A stretch of 62,348 nucleotides of DNA, counting the filler. It is 6 parts of 6 records of this genome, joined end to end, with 100 filler letters (N's around TTAATTAATTAA, not from the genome) between each part and the next. Parts side by side here need not be neighbours in the genome. Positions count along the whole stretch, not along the records: positions 11,890 to 27,195 come from DRR378314_1563; positions 27,296 to 36,598 come from DRR378314_1564; 4 more parts are not named here. One strand, given 5' to 3'. Shown one piece after another: positions 20,142 to 28,601 of the stretch. The notes beneath the pieces are model-generated. The model made no database searches and was not told where the DNA came from. It saw only the letters and a list, made by a program, of their open reading frames with translations. The position numbers and the translations under genes are program-made. Each line of letters starts with the position of its first letter. The stretch's first letter is position 1.

Positions 20142-21206
20142 ATGTTGATGATGGCATTGATTGGGTCACTGGCGGTTATCGGCGCCTTCGTGGCATTCGA
20201 CGGCGACGATGATGATATCAACGAAGATGTGGATACCGGTGACGATCCCGTTGCCAAAGTGGACGTCAACACCACATTGCTCGGCACCGAGGACCCGGAT
20301 GTGGTGTTTGGTTACGATGGTGACGACGAGATTTCGCTCGGTGGCGGCGATGACGCCGGCTTTGGTGGCGCTGGCGACGATACAGTCAATGGTGACGCAG
20401 GCGCGGATGCGCTTTGGGGCAACCAGGGGGATGATGATCTGTATGGCGGCGATGGTACAGACGATCTCTACGGCGGTACTGGTGACGACTTTCTCTCAGG
20501 TGGCGCAGACTCCGACGTACTGGAGGGCGGCGCTGGCAATGATCGGATGACCGGCGGCAGTGGTCTCGACGTCATGATGGGCGGCGACGATGACGACCTC
20601 ATGAACGGTAGCCTCGGTCAGGATTACCTGCAGGGTGACGCGGGCGACGACAGCCTGAATGGCGGTTACGGCGCCGACGGGCTGCATGGCGGCACCGGTT
20701 CCGATACGCTTGATGGTGGCGCGGGCAACGACCTTCTGAATGGCGGCACAACTGAGCTTGACCCCAGCCGTTCCTCCCCGATCACCTTGCGCCAGGACTT
20801 CCTTGAGGGCGAGCGCGTCAATACAGTTGGCGATCAAAGCTATCGCATCGTGGATGATGGAAACCGCGATGTGCTGATTGGCGGCGACGGCGATGATCGG
20901 CTGATTGGTGGTGCCGGTGACGAACTGACCGGCGGCGACGGGGATGACCGCTTCGAGGTCGGCTACTGGCTGGAGGCCGGAGACCGCGCGACCATCAACG
21001 ACTTCAACGTGGATGAAGACGTGATGCTCTATCGCTACGCGGGCGATGAAGCGCCCGAGTTGGCACATGACACGGTGCTCAACTCCGATGGCACCACCGA
21101 TGTAGAAGTCACCGCCAATGGCGAGGTCGTGGCCTATCTTGAGAATGTCGGTGACGGTTTTGATCCCGAAAGCCACCTGATCCTGCGTCAGAGCACGGCG
21201 GCCTGA
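20142..21206 (+). CDS. RTX/hemolysin-type calcium-binding repeat protein
   Basis: Many GGxGxDxLx nonapeptides; very acidic; hydrophobic N-terminus. Confidence 0.88.
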   Translation: MLMMALIGSLAVIGAFVAFDGDDDDINEDVDTGDDPVAKVDVNTTLLGTEDPDVVFGYDGDDEISLGGGDDAGFGGAGDDTVNGDAGADALWGNQGDDDLYGGDGTDDLYGGTGDDFLSGGADSDVLEGGAGNDRMTGGSGLDVMMGGDDDDLMNGSLGQDYLQGDAGDDSLNGGYGADGLHGGTGSDTLDGGAGNDLLNGGTTELDPSRSSPITLRQDFLEGERVNTVGDQSYRIVDDGNRDVLIGGDGDDRLIGGAGDELTGGDGDDRFEVGYWLEAGDRATINDFNVDEDVMLYRYAGDEAPELAHDTVLNSDGTTDVEVTANGEVVAYLENVGDGFDPESHLILRQSTAA

Positions 21207-21237
21207 TCGCACGGGCACCATTTGTGCTTAGAATGAC

Positions 21238-21267
21238 AAAAGCCGCTCCGATTGGAGCGGCTTTTTT
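21238..21267. terminator. Bidirectional terminator between convergent genes
   Basis: AAAAGCCGCTCC-GATT-GGAGCGGCTTTTTT. Confidence 0.85.
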
Positions 21268-21291
21268 AGTGGCCTGCAACGATGCGCGCTG

Positions 21292-22071
21292 TCAGCGCCC
21301 TTCGAAATCCGGTTTGCGCTTTTCAACAAAAGCGGTGACGCCTTCCATAAAGTCACGACTACGGCCCAGCTCCCCTTGCAGGTTCGCCTCCAGCGACAAC
21401 TGATCCGGCAGGCTGTTGCCCGTCGACTGACGCAGCGCCTGCTTGATGGCGCCAAAGGCCATCGAGGGGCCGGTGGCCAGATAGGTGGCGCGGGCTTTCC
21501 AATGGGCTTCGAACGCCTCATCCGGGATCGTTTCCCAGATCATGCCCCAATCGCTCGCCTGACGGGCCGAGATCTTGTCCGCAAACAAGGCCGCGCCCAT
21601 CGCCTTGGCCAACCCCATTTGACGCGGCAGGAACCAGCTGCCGCCCGCATCCGGCATCAGACCGATCTTGGCAAAGGCCTGCAGGAAGTAGGCGCTCTCC
21701 GTGGCAATCACCACATCCGCCGCCAGCGCAAGGTTGGCCCCTGCCCCCGCAGCAGGCCCGTTCACCGCCGAAATCGTTGGCACCGGGCAATCGTAGATCG
21801 CCTCCAGCATCGGGGTATATTCATCGCGCAGGGTCCGCTCCAGATCAATCTGGCTGCCACTGGAGGACGCGTCCTTGAGGTCTTGGCCGGTACAGAACGC
21901 GCTGCCCGCGCCAGTGAGCACCACCGCCCGCGCCTCGGTGGCGGCGGCCTTCATCGCATGGGTGATTTCCGCCCGCATCTGGCTGGTCAGCGCATTCATG
22001 CTCTGCGGGCGGTTCAACGTGACGGTCGCCAGCCCGTTGTCGAGAGAATACTGGATGTCGCGGTAGTCCAT
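21292..22071 (-). CDS. Enoyl-CoA hydratase/isomerase (PaaG-like)
   Basis: LNRP...NAL, FCTGQDL, VNGPAAGAG, GLMPDAGG. Confidence 0.9.
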   Translation of the reverse strand: MDYRDIQYSLDNGLATVTLNRPQSMNALTSQMRAEITHAMKAAATEARAVVLTGAGSAFCTGQDLKDASSSGSQIDLERTLRDEYTPMLEAIYDCPVPTISAVNGPAAGAGANLALAADVVIATESAYFLQAFAKIGLMPDAGGSWFLPRQMGLAKAMGAALFADKISARQASDWGMIWETIPDEAFEAHWKARATYLATGPSMAFGAIKQALRQSTGNSLPDQLSLEANLQGELGRSRDFMEGVTAFVEKRKPDFEGR

Positions 22072-22143
22072 GCGTGAAATGTCCCTGTTCGATTTATACG
22101 CATGTTGACCTAAGCATCCGGGGTCGAAAAGACAAACGCCGCG

Positions 22144-22671
22144 TCAGGCAATATCGGGATTTTCCCGCGTTTTCCGGCGCGCCTCAAGGTCTGCCATCAG
22201 CGCCAGCCCATGCGGATCCATCGCCCGCTCGACCCTGGCATAGTTGGAGCCGTCGCGATCACGGGTCAAAAGCTGCATCTCGACCAGGCTGCGACGAACC
22301 TGAGCCGCGTCCCGAAACAGGGTTTCCTCGTCGATCAGGGCGCTGATTTCGCGCTCGCTCCAGCTCTGGCGCGCGGGCAGTCGCGCCCAGATCACCCAGA
22401 GGCACAGCTCGCGCACGCCGCGTTTGGTCGGCCAGCTCTGCCAGCGTCCGCGCTCGTCGAAATAGCGTGCCGCGCGCTCGATACGCTTGCGGTCGATCTC
22501 CGGGCCGGGCGGGTTCTGGCTGCGCAGCTGTTGAAAATTGCGGTAGCCCGCCGCGCGCGCCACATGGTTCAGCATTTCCACATGGCCGGGGCTTTCGGGA
22601 AGGTTGGCACGCAGCTGTTTGGCAAAACCCGACACATCGGGAATGGTCAGACGGATCACATCCTTGGACAT
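22144..22671 (-). CDS. DUF2087 domain protein
   Basis: FDERGR..WPTKR, SEREI..LI, DAAQVRRSLV..LTR..DGSNY pattern; RBS GGAGG at 22681-22677. Confidence 0.75.
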   Translation of the reverse strand: MSKDVIRLTIPDVSGFAKQLRANLPESPGHVEMLNHVARAAGYRNFQQLRSQNPPGPEIDRKRIERAARYFDERGRWQSWPTKRGVRELCLWVIWARLPARQSWSEREISALIDEETLFRDAAQVRRSLVEMQLLTRDRDGSNYARVERAMDPHGLALMADLEARRKTRENPDIA

Positions 22672-22826
22672 CATGTCCTCCGTTTTCAGGATGCCGGACA
22701 TGGCCTGCGCCATGCGGATGTCCGCCCTTGTCCAGAGGCACCCCGATTGGGAGTCCAATGACGTTAGAAAACTCGCAGGTTTAGCGCGTGGCGGAGCCTT
22801 GGTGAACTGCGGACCAAGGCCTGCAT
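22672..22826 (-). promoter_or_regulatory. Structured 5' leader with a 20-aa uORF (22826-22764) and alternative RBS-sequestering pairings
   Basis: uORF MQALVRSSPRLRHALNLRVF*; segment CAUGUCC can pair with either GCGGACAU or GGAGGACAUG. Confidence 0.45.
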
Positions 22827-22878
22827 AGCAAATCCCGCAGATCCCGGCAATCCATCACCCGCACGCACACGGGCGCAC

Positions 22879-23346
22879 TCACTCGTCGAGAATTTCCTTC
22901 AGCCGCGCCTGCTCGGTCTCGCTCAGCCCACGGTCTTCCGGCGCACCACCCGCGACAGAGCGTTTGCGCAGATACATCAGTGCCACCGCCAGGGCCAGCA
23001 CCAGCATCATCGGGCCCGCGGCCCACAGCAGCCAATTGGCCCCGCGTGTGGTCGGCTTCAGCAGCACATATTCACCGTAGCGATCCACGATGAAATCCAT
23101 CGCCTCATCATTGCTGTCGCCCGCAACCAGTCGCTCGCGCACCAGTAGCCGCAGATCGCGGGCCAGATCGGCGTTGGACTCGTCGATGTTCTCATTGCGA
23201 CAGACCAGACAGCGCAGCCCTTTGGAGAGGTCGCGCGCCCGTTCTTCCAGCACCGGATCCTCCAGCACCTCGTCCGGCTGCACCGCAAACGCGGGCGTCA
23301 TCGACAGCAGAATCACCGCCATCACGGCCTTGAACATGCGGATCAT
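22879..23346 (-). CDS. ccmH: Cytochrome c biogenesis protein CcmH/CycL
   Basis: LRCLVCRNENIDESNA, RYGEYVLLKP. Confidence 0.95.
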   Translation of the reverse strand: MIRMFKAVMAVILLSMTPAFAVQPDEVLEDPVLEERARDLSKGLRCLVCRNENIDESNADLARDLRLLVRERLVAGDSNDEAMDFIVDRYGEYVLLKPTTRGANWLLWAAGPMMLVLALAVALMYLRKRSVAGGAPEDRGLSETEQARLKEILDE

Positions 23347-25307
23347 TCTGCCGGCACCCCCTGTGCGGTGGGCTTCTTCGCCCCGGCGGCAACGCGGAAA
23401 CGGCGGTCCGAAAGGCTCAGCAAGCCACCAAGCGCCATCAGCAAGCAGCCGCCCCAGATCCAGTTGGCAAAGGGCTTGATATAGGTGCGCATGGTAAAGC
23501 CACCGCCCGCCTGCGCATCGCCGATCACCACGTAGAGATCACGGGTGAAGCGGTAGTCGATCGCCGCCTCGGTGGTGGGCATCTGCGCCACCGGGTAGAC
23601 GCGCTTTTCCGGGCGAAGGGTTGCGATGTCACGTCCGTTGCGGGTCACCTCGACCACGCCCATTGTGGTAAAGTAGTTGGGGCCGCGCCCCTCCTCCACA
23701 TCGGTCAAAACCATCTGGTAAGGGCCGACATCGAAGGGCTCGTTGAGGTTGGCCACCCGGATGTCCTCGGTCTGCCATGCGGTCAGGCCCGCGATCGCAA
23801 AGATCGTCACGCCCATGCCCGCATGTGCAACTGATTTGCCCCAGTCGGCCCGTGGCAGCCGCATCAAGCGTGCCAGCTTGTCTGATCGTCCGGCGCGCTG
23901 CCACAGATCCATCGCGGCCCCGCTGACGATCCAGGCGCCCAACAAGGCCCCCACCGGCCCCAGCAGGCTCTTGTCGGCCTGCATCGCCCAGATAAGCCCC
24001 GCAAGCGCCAGCGACAGAGCCGCCGCATAACGCAGCCTCCAGAGCGTCTTGCCAAATTTCGCGCGCTTCCACGGCAATACCGACCCCACAGGCAACAACA
24101 GACCGAGCGCCACCATGAAGGGCGGGAAAGCCGCGTTGAAGAACGGCGCCCCAACCGACAGTTTCCGGTCAAAGGCCATCTCGGCCACCACCGGCCATAG
24201 AGTGCCGACAAAGACCACGAAGCAGCTCACTGCAAGCAACAGGTTGTTGGCCACCAGCGCGCTTTCCCGGCTGACCATGGAGAACACGCCCTTGGCCTCC
24301 ATCGCCTGTGCCCGCTGCGCAAACAGCGCCAATGCACCGCCGGTAAAGAATGCCATGATCGCCAGAATCACCACGCCGCGTTCAGGGTCATTGGCGAACG
24401 CATGCACCGAGGTCAGCAAGCCGGAGCGCACGATGAACGTGCCGATCAGCGAGAAGCCAAAGGCGAGGATCGCCAAAAGGATGGTCCAGCTTTTTAGGCT
24501 TTCACGCTTTTCCACCACGATGGCCGAATGCAGCAAGGCGGCGGAGAGCAGCCATGGCATGAAGGAGGCATTCTCCACCGGGTCCCAGAACCAGAAACCG
24601 CCCCAGCCCAGTTCGTAATAGGCCCACCAGGAGCCAAGCGCGATGCCGACGGTCAGGAAGATCCAGGCTGCCAGGGTCCAGGGCCGCACCCAACGGCCCC
24701 ACGCGGCATCCACGCGGCCCTCGATCAGGGCGGCAACCGCAAAGGAGAACGCCATCGAGAGCCCGACATAGCCGAGATAAAGAAACGGCGGGTGGAAGGC
24801 GAGGCCGGGATCCTGCAGCAGCGGGTTGAGATCCTGCCCGTCGAAGGGTGGATTTCCAAGCCGCAGGAAGGGATTGGAGGTGAAGAGGATGAATGCGAAG
24901 AAGGCCACGCCAATGGAGGCCTGCACGCTCAACACCCGCGCCTTGAGCGTTGGCGGCAGCCCGCCGCCCCAGATCGAGGCCGCAGCGCCAAACAGGCTGA
25001 CGATCAGCACCCAGAGCAGCATGGAGCCTTCGTGGTTCCCCCATGTACCGGAGATCTTGTAGAGCATCGGCTTGGCGGAGTGGCTGTTGAGCGTCACCAA
25101 CCGCACCGAGAAATCCGAGGTCACAAAGGCCCAGGTCAGCGCACCAAAGGAAAAGGCGGTGAACAGGAACTGTGCCTGTGCGGCGGGTTCCGCCACCGCC
25201 ATCCATCCGGGCCAGCGTTTATGCGCACCGATCAGGGGCACGACCGTCTGCACGATGGCTATCATGAAGGCGAGGATGAGGGCGAAGTGACCGAGTTCTG
25301 TAATCAT
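23343..25307 (-). CDS. ccmF: Heme lyase CcmF
   Basis: WGNHEGS, HPPFLYLG, WGGFWFWDPVENAS, SVHAF. Confidence 0.97.
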   Translation of the reverse strand: MITELGHFALILAFMIAIVQTVVPLIGAHKRWPGWMAVAEPAAQAQFLFTAFSFGALTWAFVTSDFSVRLVTLNSHSAKPMLYKISGTWGNHEGSMLLWVLIVSLFGAAASIWGGGLPPTLKARVLSVQASIGVAFFAFILFTSNPFLRLGNPPFDGQDLNPLLQDPGLAFHPPFLYLGYVGLSMAFSFAVAALIEGRVDAAWGRWVRPWTLAAWIFLTVGIALGSWWAYYELGWGGFWFWDPVENASFMPWLLSAALLHSAIVVEKRESLKSWTILLAILAFGFSLIGTFIVRSGLLTSVHAFANDPERGVVILAIMAFFTGGALALFAQRAQAMEAKGVFSMVSRESALVANNLLLAVSCFVVFVGTLWPVVAEMAFDRKLSVGAPFFNAAFPPFMVALGLLLPVGSVLPWKRAKFGKTLWRLRYAAALSLALAGLIWAMQADKSLLGPVGALLGAWIVSGAAMDLWQRAGRSDKLARLMRLPRADWGKSVAHAGMGVTIFAIAGLTAWQTEDIRVANLNEPFDVGPYQMVLTDVEEGRGPNYFTTMGVVEVTRNGRDIATLRPEKRVYPVAQMPTTEAAIDYRFTRDLYVVIGDAQAGGGFTMRTYIKPFANWIWGGCLLMALGGLLSLSDRRFRVAAGAKKPTAQGVPAE

Positions 25308-25383
25308 ACCTGTTTCTATATCCGCGACGCCTGCCCACGCCAATCACATTTGCCCGCGTCCCGCCGCCGCAGGCAGATGCGGT

Positions 25384-25923
25384 TCACGCGTCGCGCTCTT
25401 GATGCCATTCGGCCAGGGCCGGATTGCTATGGCTTTGGTTTTCTTTCCTATTTGCAGAGCCTTGTGCGACATCACCAAGCTGTTCAATGTTGTGAACCGC
25501 CTGTGGCACCCGCGCGAGGCTGCGCGCGATGCCTTCTTGAAAGGCCTGCGTTTTTGCCTGGCTGCGTGCTCCGAAATAGAATGACACAACAATCCCCAGA
25601 AGCCACCACAGAGGTTCCGGCACCAAGGCGATGCCCTGCATACGTGCGGCGAACCACAGCGGGTCTACCATCGCCGCGACCATCAGCCCCAGCGTGCCGA
25701 GCGCCAACATCGGGCGTGGCAGCCGGTTCACCCCGTCGATAAACCGATCAAAGCCGCTCTTGTGCGTGCCAGAAAATTCCGCCGCGAATTGTGCCAATGC
25801 GGCGCCCTGAAGGTCATGGGCGCGCACGGCGGCCTGTTCGCTGTTTTCGCGAAACACCTCGACGGTCTCGCGGATCACATTGCGGCGATTGCCAAAGAGC
25901 ATCTCCCAAAGCGTTGACAACAT
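25384..25923 (-). CDS. Holin of the GTA 3-TM family
   Basis: FDRFIDGVNRLPRP followed by TM segments and SFYFGAR; directly downstream of a lysozyme. Confidence 0.8.
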   Translation of the reverse strand: MLSTLWEMLFGNRRNVIRETVEVFRENSEQAAVRAHDLQGAALAQFAAEFSGTHKSGFDRFIDGVNRLPRPMLALGTLGLMVAAMVDPLWFAARMQGIALVPEPLWWLLGIVVSFYFGARSQAKTQAFQEGIARSLARVPQAVHNIEQLGDVAQGSANRKENQSHSNPALAEWHQERDA

Positions 25924-25932
25924 GAAACCTCC

Positions 25933-26541
25933 TCAGCGCCAGTTGGCCGTGCGGGATTGAAACTCTACCGTGCTCAGGTGGTAGCGCGGGGCGATGAATT
26001 CCTCGGCACGGCGTATCCAGCCGCCCTTGCCGCCCGCCCGCGTGCGGGCATACTTGCGACTGCGCGGACGACGGTCGGCAAGGTCGAAGTAGTAGTTGCG
26101 CCGGGCGATCCCGTAGGCGTTGACCAGCGCCTCCATGTTGATGCGCCCTGCTGCCTGTGTCGCCTTGGCGGTTTGCGGTCCCATCGCCCCGTCGACCGCA
26201 ACGTCATATCCCATGTCGCACAAGAGCTGCTGAAGGATGCGCACCGCGTTTGCGCCCGCATTGACATGCATATCAAACACGCTGGCCTGTAGTGGTTCGG
26301 GCAGCAGATGCAGGCGCGGGCGACGAAAATACTCGCGCAGGAAAATCGCTTCTGCCTCGCTTGGCTCCACCGCTTTGACGTCGCGCGTGTCGATCTGAGC
26401 GTCGCCGGTCAGATCCAGGCCGAGGCGTCGCAGGGTGTGAATGGTCACGCCATGATTGGTCGCCCCGCCGGGATCATCAGGGTCATTCACATAGCCGCCT
26501 TCGCGGGCGACGATCTCTCGGGCGATCTGGGCCACATCCAT
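25933..26541 (-). CDS. Glycoside hydrolase family 108 N-acetylmuramidase (endolysin) with peptidoglycan-binding region
   Basis: REGGYVNDPDDPGGATNHGVT motif; FDMHVNAG; VDGAMGPQT. Confidence 0.9.
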   Translation of the reverse strand: MDVAQIAREIVAREGGYVNDPDDPGGATNHGVTIHTLRRLGLDLTGDAQIDTRDVKAVEPSEAEAIFLREYFRRPRLHLLPEPLQASVFDMHVNAGANAVRILQQLLCDMGYDVAVDGAMGPQTAKATQAAGRINMEALVNAYGIARRNYYFDLADRRPRSRKYARTRAGGKGGWIRRAEEFIAPRYHLSTVEFQSRTANWR

Positions 26542-26547
26542 GTCGGG

Positions 26548-26573
26548 GTCTCCACCAATGGTTTGGTAGAGAC
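26548..26573 (-). promoter_or_regulatory. 11-bp hairpin occluding the endolysin RBS
   Basis: mRNA GUCUCUACCAA-ACCA-UUGGUGGAGAC; GGAG is in the 3' arm, ending 6 nt before the AUG. Confidence 0.55.
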
Positions 26574-26629
26574 ACTAGCTATGAGGGTTTGAGATCCGGT
26601 GCGCGGAGCGTACGGCGACGACGCAACAC

Positions 26630-27073
26630 TCAGCTGTCGTCGCCTTGATAGACCCCCTGCGCCTTGAGCGCATCCACGACCTCTTTGGGCATGTAAGTCT
26701 CATCATGTTTGGCAAGGATTTCAGAGGCTTGAAAGACACCGTCGACATAGCGCCCGGTGCCCACCATGCCCTGGTTTTCCTCAAACAGATCCGGCAGCAC
26801 CCCGGTGAATGTCACCGGCACGCTGGCACCTCCATCGGTCACTGAAAACAGCACTGCCTCTCCCTGGCCTCTGGTCAGCGTCCCCTCCTCGACCAGACCG
26901 CCAATGCGGAATGTCTCGGTCGGTTGCGGTGGCTCATCCATCACTTGGCTCGGCGAGCGGAAGTAATTGATCCCATCGCGCATCGCATAGCCGATCAACA
27001 CGGTGGACCCCACCAATGCGACAGTCGCAAGCGCTATGACCTGGATTCGCCGCTGCTTTTTCAGGGACTTCAT
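26630..27073 (-). CDS. ccmE: Heme chaperone CcmE
   Basis: RIGGLV, LPDLFEE, LAKHDETYMP. Confidence 0.96.
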   Translation of the reverse strand: MKSLKKQRRIQVIALATVALVGSTVLIGYAMRDGINYFRSPSQVMDEPPQPTETFRIGGLVEEGTLTRGQGEAVLFSVTDGGASVPVTFTGVLPDLFEENQGMVGTGRYVDGVFQASEILAKHDETYMPKEVVDALKAQGVYQGDDS

Positions 27074-27086
27074 CTGGACCTCTTGT

Positions 27087-27195
27087 TCAAGGGAACAGCG
27101 GCGCCATCATCAGCCCGGCTGTTTCCTGTTCACCTAACATCAGGTTGGCATTCTGCAAGGCCTGACCGCTGCTACCTTTTGTCAGGTTATCCAGC
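27087..27195 (-). CDS. argC: N-acetyl-gamma-glutamyl-phosphate reductase, C-terminal fragment (not in ORF track)
   Basis: Manual translation [35 protein letters not shown] matches the ArgC DNLxKGxxGQAxQNxN motif. Confidence 0.9.
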
Positions 27196-27295
27196 NNNNN
27201 NNNNNNNNNNNNNNNNNNNNNNNNNNNNNNNNNNNNNNNTTAATTAATTAANNNNNNNNNNNNNNNNNNNNNNNNNNNNNNNNNNNNNNNNNNNN
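27196..27295. other. Artificial contig linker
   Basis: N-run with TTAATTAATTAA. Confidence 0.99.
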
Positions 27296-27849
27296 TCGAC
27301 ATAGCCGGGCCAGGAGCTGTCGGACAGCAGCGTCCAGCCGTTGACCTCTGCCGCGATCTCGGCGCCTGCCATGCTGGCCTCGTAGTCGTGGCCCGCGCGC
27401 ACCACCTCGGCGCCTTTGGCCCGCAGTCGGGCGGCAAAGCTCTCGGGCACGGTCTCGGCCAGGTAGACCACCGCCCGCGCGCCGAACAGCGCCGCCCCGG
27501 CTGCCACCGACAGGCCATGGTTTCCGGCGCTGGCGGTGACGTAGGTCTGGCCGACAAGCGCTTGCTGCCAGGCGTTGTCCACCACGCGATCCGCCGCTGC
27601 CCGCGCAATGGCATGGGCCGCACCGAGCGCCTTGAAACTGCCCAGTCCCATGCGGTTGCGTTCGTCCTTGAGGTAGACCTGCGCCACGCCACAACGGGCG
27701 GCCAGTTCCGGCAGATCCAGCAGCGCGGTCTCGGCATGCGCTGGGCACTGCCCCAGCAGCTGCATCACCCCGGAGGCATCGCTGCAGGGAAATGGCGCGT
27801 CCAGATCGAGGCCCCGACCGCGGTGCGGATTGGCAAAGGTGACGGGCAT
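27296..27849 (-). CDS. PLP-dependent diaminopropionate ammonia-lyase-like enzyme, 5' part
   Basis: YLKDERNRMGLGSFKALG, TASAGNHG, LSDSSWPGY. Confidence 0.8.
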
Positions 27850-28027
27850 GATGCGGGCTCCTGTCCTGTTGATATTTGCCAGTCTATCGCGTCCGTGGTG
27901 GCGTATCCCGGAATTCTCGGCCTCCATGGGGCCGATATTCGGCAAAAGCAGTAAGCTCTTGTCCGAAATTGGGCTTTGAGTGGCTCTCTATCTTACGCAG
28001 GAGCCGAAATTCCGACATTCTTCCGGC

Positions 28028-28495
28028 ATGGACAGATTCGATGCGCTCATCCTGGAGGCGATCCAGACCGATGCCCGGCTGACGGCGGAGGCGTTGTCAC
28101 AACGGGTGGGGTTGTCGCCCGATGCCTGCCGCAAGCGGCTGGCGCGGCTGCGGGCCTCTGATGTGGTGGAATCCGAAATCACCGTGCTTGCGCCGGATAA
28201 GGTGGGGCGCGGGTTGCTGCTGATCGTCGAGGTGACGCTGCAGAACGAACGGATGGAGGATCTGGACCGGTTCAAGGCCCAGATGCGCGCAGCGCCGGAG
28301 GTCATGCAGTGCTACTACGTGACCGGAAACGCGGATTTTGTCCTGATAATCTCGGCCCGTGACATGGCGGATTACGATGACTTCACCCGCCGTCAGTTCT
28401 TTGCAGAGGAGAATGTGCTGCGCTTTCGCACCAGCGCGGTGATGGACCGGGTGAAGACCGGGTTCTCAATGCCGGTGGTGCCTGACACGGGCTGA
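28028..28495 (+). CDS. Lrp/AsnC family regulator
   Basis: DRFDALIL...VGLSPDACRKRL, CYYVTGNADF. Confidence 0.93.
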   Translation: MDRFDALILEAIQTDARLTAEALSQRVGLSPDACRKRLARLRASDVVESEITVLAPDKVGRGLLLIVEVTLQNERMEDLDRFKAQMRAAPEVMQCYYVTGNADFVLIISARDMADYDDFTRRQFFAEENVLRFRTSAVMDRVKTGFSMPVVPDTG

Positions 28496-28536
28496 TCGCG
28501 ATCAGAGAGATCATCTGACGCATCAGGATCTGATAT

Positions 28537-28569
28537 AAAAACGGGCCACATCCCGAAGGATATGGCCCG
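28537..28569 (-). terminator. Terminator after the xdh-permease operon
   Basis: CGGGCCACATCC-CGAA-GGATATGGCCCG preceded by an A-run on the + strand. Confidence 0.7.
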
Positions 28570-28601
28570 ACCCTTCACTAGGGTATGACGAACGGCTTTG
28601 A

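Noticed and set aside
20280-20960. GGCGGC/GACGAC repeats as a CRISPR array or DNA repeat
   Set aside because: Explained by RTX nonapeptide coding; no repeat-spacer structure and no cas genes anywhere in the window.
22785-22825. tRNA- or tmRNA-like 3' end (hairpin followed by CCGCCA on the minus strand)
   Set aside because: No cloverleaf or T-loop consensus; better explained as part of the DUF2087 leader.
25384-26541. Prophage remnant
   Set aside because: No integrase, structural genes or att sites; both genes are intact and flanked by core genes, which fits a domesticated lysis module.
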